Positions 62,123 to 64,000 of a DNA stretch of 64,000 bases are shown piece by piece (positions within the stretch are counted from its first letter, which is position 1; each line of letters opens with the position of its first letter). The notes beneath the pieces are model-generated. The model saw only the letters and a program-made list of their open reading frames with translations, was not told the origin of the DNA and did not search any database. The stretch is from Octopus sinensis (Eukaryota), in the NCBI RefSeq assembly GCF_006345805.1, contig NC_042999.1:22320001-22384000 (forward strand), in the 5' to 3' direction. The position numbers and the translations under genes are program-made.

Positions 62123-62852
62123 ATGTACGTATTGCTATATATATATATATACGCACAACACATGCATACATGCGTGTACATATATGCATATACTTGAAAC
62201 ATGCAAAACTTTAGGAAGGACATCCGTATGGCTGCGTATATATCCGTATATATAATATATGCATAATATATGAGTGCGTATATATATGTGTATACTTTTT
62301 ATATGTATGTATGTGTATATATATATGAGAGTAAATCATTAGACGCGCATGCTTCTAGTGAGTTAGGATCCCAGAAAAACAGGGTCTCACTGAAGAATTC
62401 TCCCTGAGCAAATAAATTATCTTTATTGATGAAAAGAAAGAAACTGCAGTCTGAGAATTACCGGTTTAGTAAATGTTTTTATCTTCATTTCACTTAATTT
62501 ATCAAGCTTCTGTATTCCTAGCACATATTTCGCCTTAATGTACTGATATATGAAAAATATATGGCTTGTGTTAGTAATACCAGCGATTATAATTATTTTT
62601 ATTTTATCGCAATTTGATTTGTTTATATATATATATATATGTGTTTGTGTGTGTGTATATATATATACATATATATACATACATGCATATATATACACAC
62701 ATACATACATTTATATATATATATATATATATTCAAGATTGTGTGAATCCATTATATATCTATCTATATATTATACTGTATATTTGGATATATATATATA
62801 TACAAACGTGAATATGTATTATATAGTGCGAGTATGTATCCATATATACAAT

Positions 62853-62915
<63 letters not shown>

Positions 62916-63289
62916 GTATATCTGTATACATATGTATGTGTGTGAGTTTATAAGTAAGTATGCATAAAGAAGTCATATATTTCTTGTTATAGGCATTTTC
63001 ATATCGAGTTCATTATTCATTTCCTACAGCCAAGCAAGAAACTCATGCATACATACACACAAACGCATATATACATACACCCAAACGCATACATGCATAC
63101 ATACATACACACAAAACGAGCTCAGAATACATACGTAGGTACGTACGTACATACATCCGTGTTTTTAGTGCGTTTATTGACGTGAAGGCATTTTACAGCA
63201 TTCTTAGACCTTTAACTAATATTAACATTTATATGTCATCTTTATATTGTGCTTGTATATGTGCAGGTACAAATGTATATGCACTTATA

Positions 63290-64000
63290 CGCATACACAC
63301 ATGCACACGTACACAAACATATATACGTATATGCATGTTTAAGCTTATATATAAATATATATATTAAACTATATATGTATGTGTGTATAGATATATATTC
63401 ATACGCATATATAGAATTACAAACACATACATATATATTTATAAACACATATATATTATAAACACATACATATATATTTATAAACACATTATATATATTA
63501 TAAACACATACATATATATTTATAAACACATACATACATGCATAGATGCACACATATCGGTATACACGTACGTATACGCATGCTTATGCTTATATATAAA
63601 TATATATATTAAAATATATATGTATGTGTGTGTAGATATATATTCATATGCATATATAGCATTATAAACACATACATATATATTTATAAATATATCATAT
63701 ATATTTTAAACACATACATATATATTTATAAACACATACATATATATTTATAAACACATACATATATATTTATAAACATTTCATATATACTATAAACACA
63801 TACATATATATTTATAAACACATACATATATATTTATAAACACATACATATATATTTATAAACATTTCATATATACTATAAACACATACATATATATTTA
63901 TAAACACATAGATATATATTATAAACACAAACATATATATATATTTATGAACACATACATGCATAGATGCACACATATCGTTATACACGTACTTATTGAA
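63290..64000. repeat. 22-bp minisatellite (TTATAAACACATACATATATAT) with higher-order duplication
   Basis: Many copies from 63415 onward; longer blocks are duplicated (about 63320-63440 vs 63570-63690, and 63530-63570 vs 63953-63992). Confidence 0.9.

Overview
Eukaryotic, AT-rich, microsatellite-dense DNA made almost entirely of transposable-element sequence, with a 100-N gap at 10337-10436. The SINE families resemble those I associate with Octopus genomes; this is recognition from memory, not a database result. I found no host protein-coding exon, rRNA, true tRNA or CRISPR array, and nearly all ORF-track entries are microsatellite or antisense artefacts. The largest element is a 5.95-kb Helitron (22873-28824, A|TC...hairpin-CTAG|T). 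Its Rep/PIF1-helicase frame has nine 23-aa N-terminal repeats, no internal stop codons, six 1-bp frameshifts in base runs and one internal deletion. Two non-autonomous Helitrons share its 3' end. Other elements: CR1-type LINE fragments, an RTE-like 3' end with three C2H2 fingers, R4/Dong-like and Hero-like 3' ends, two mariner remnants, several MITEs, and three tRNA-derived SINE families including multimers bounded by a single target-site duplication (TSD). The most unexpected signal is a set of type-I hammerhead-ribozyme-like motifs from several unrelated short repeats, alongside two Penelope-like (PLE) GIY-YIG remnants. The best motif (50283-50346, minus) has a fully canonical core and sits in the loop of a ~185-bp inverted repeat. 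All ribozyme calls are by-eye structural predictions and untested.
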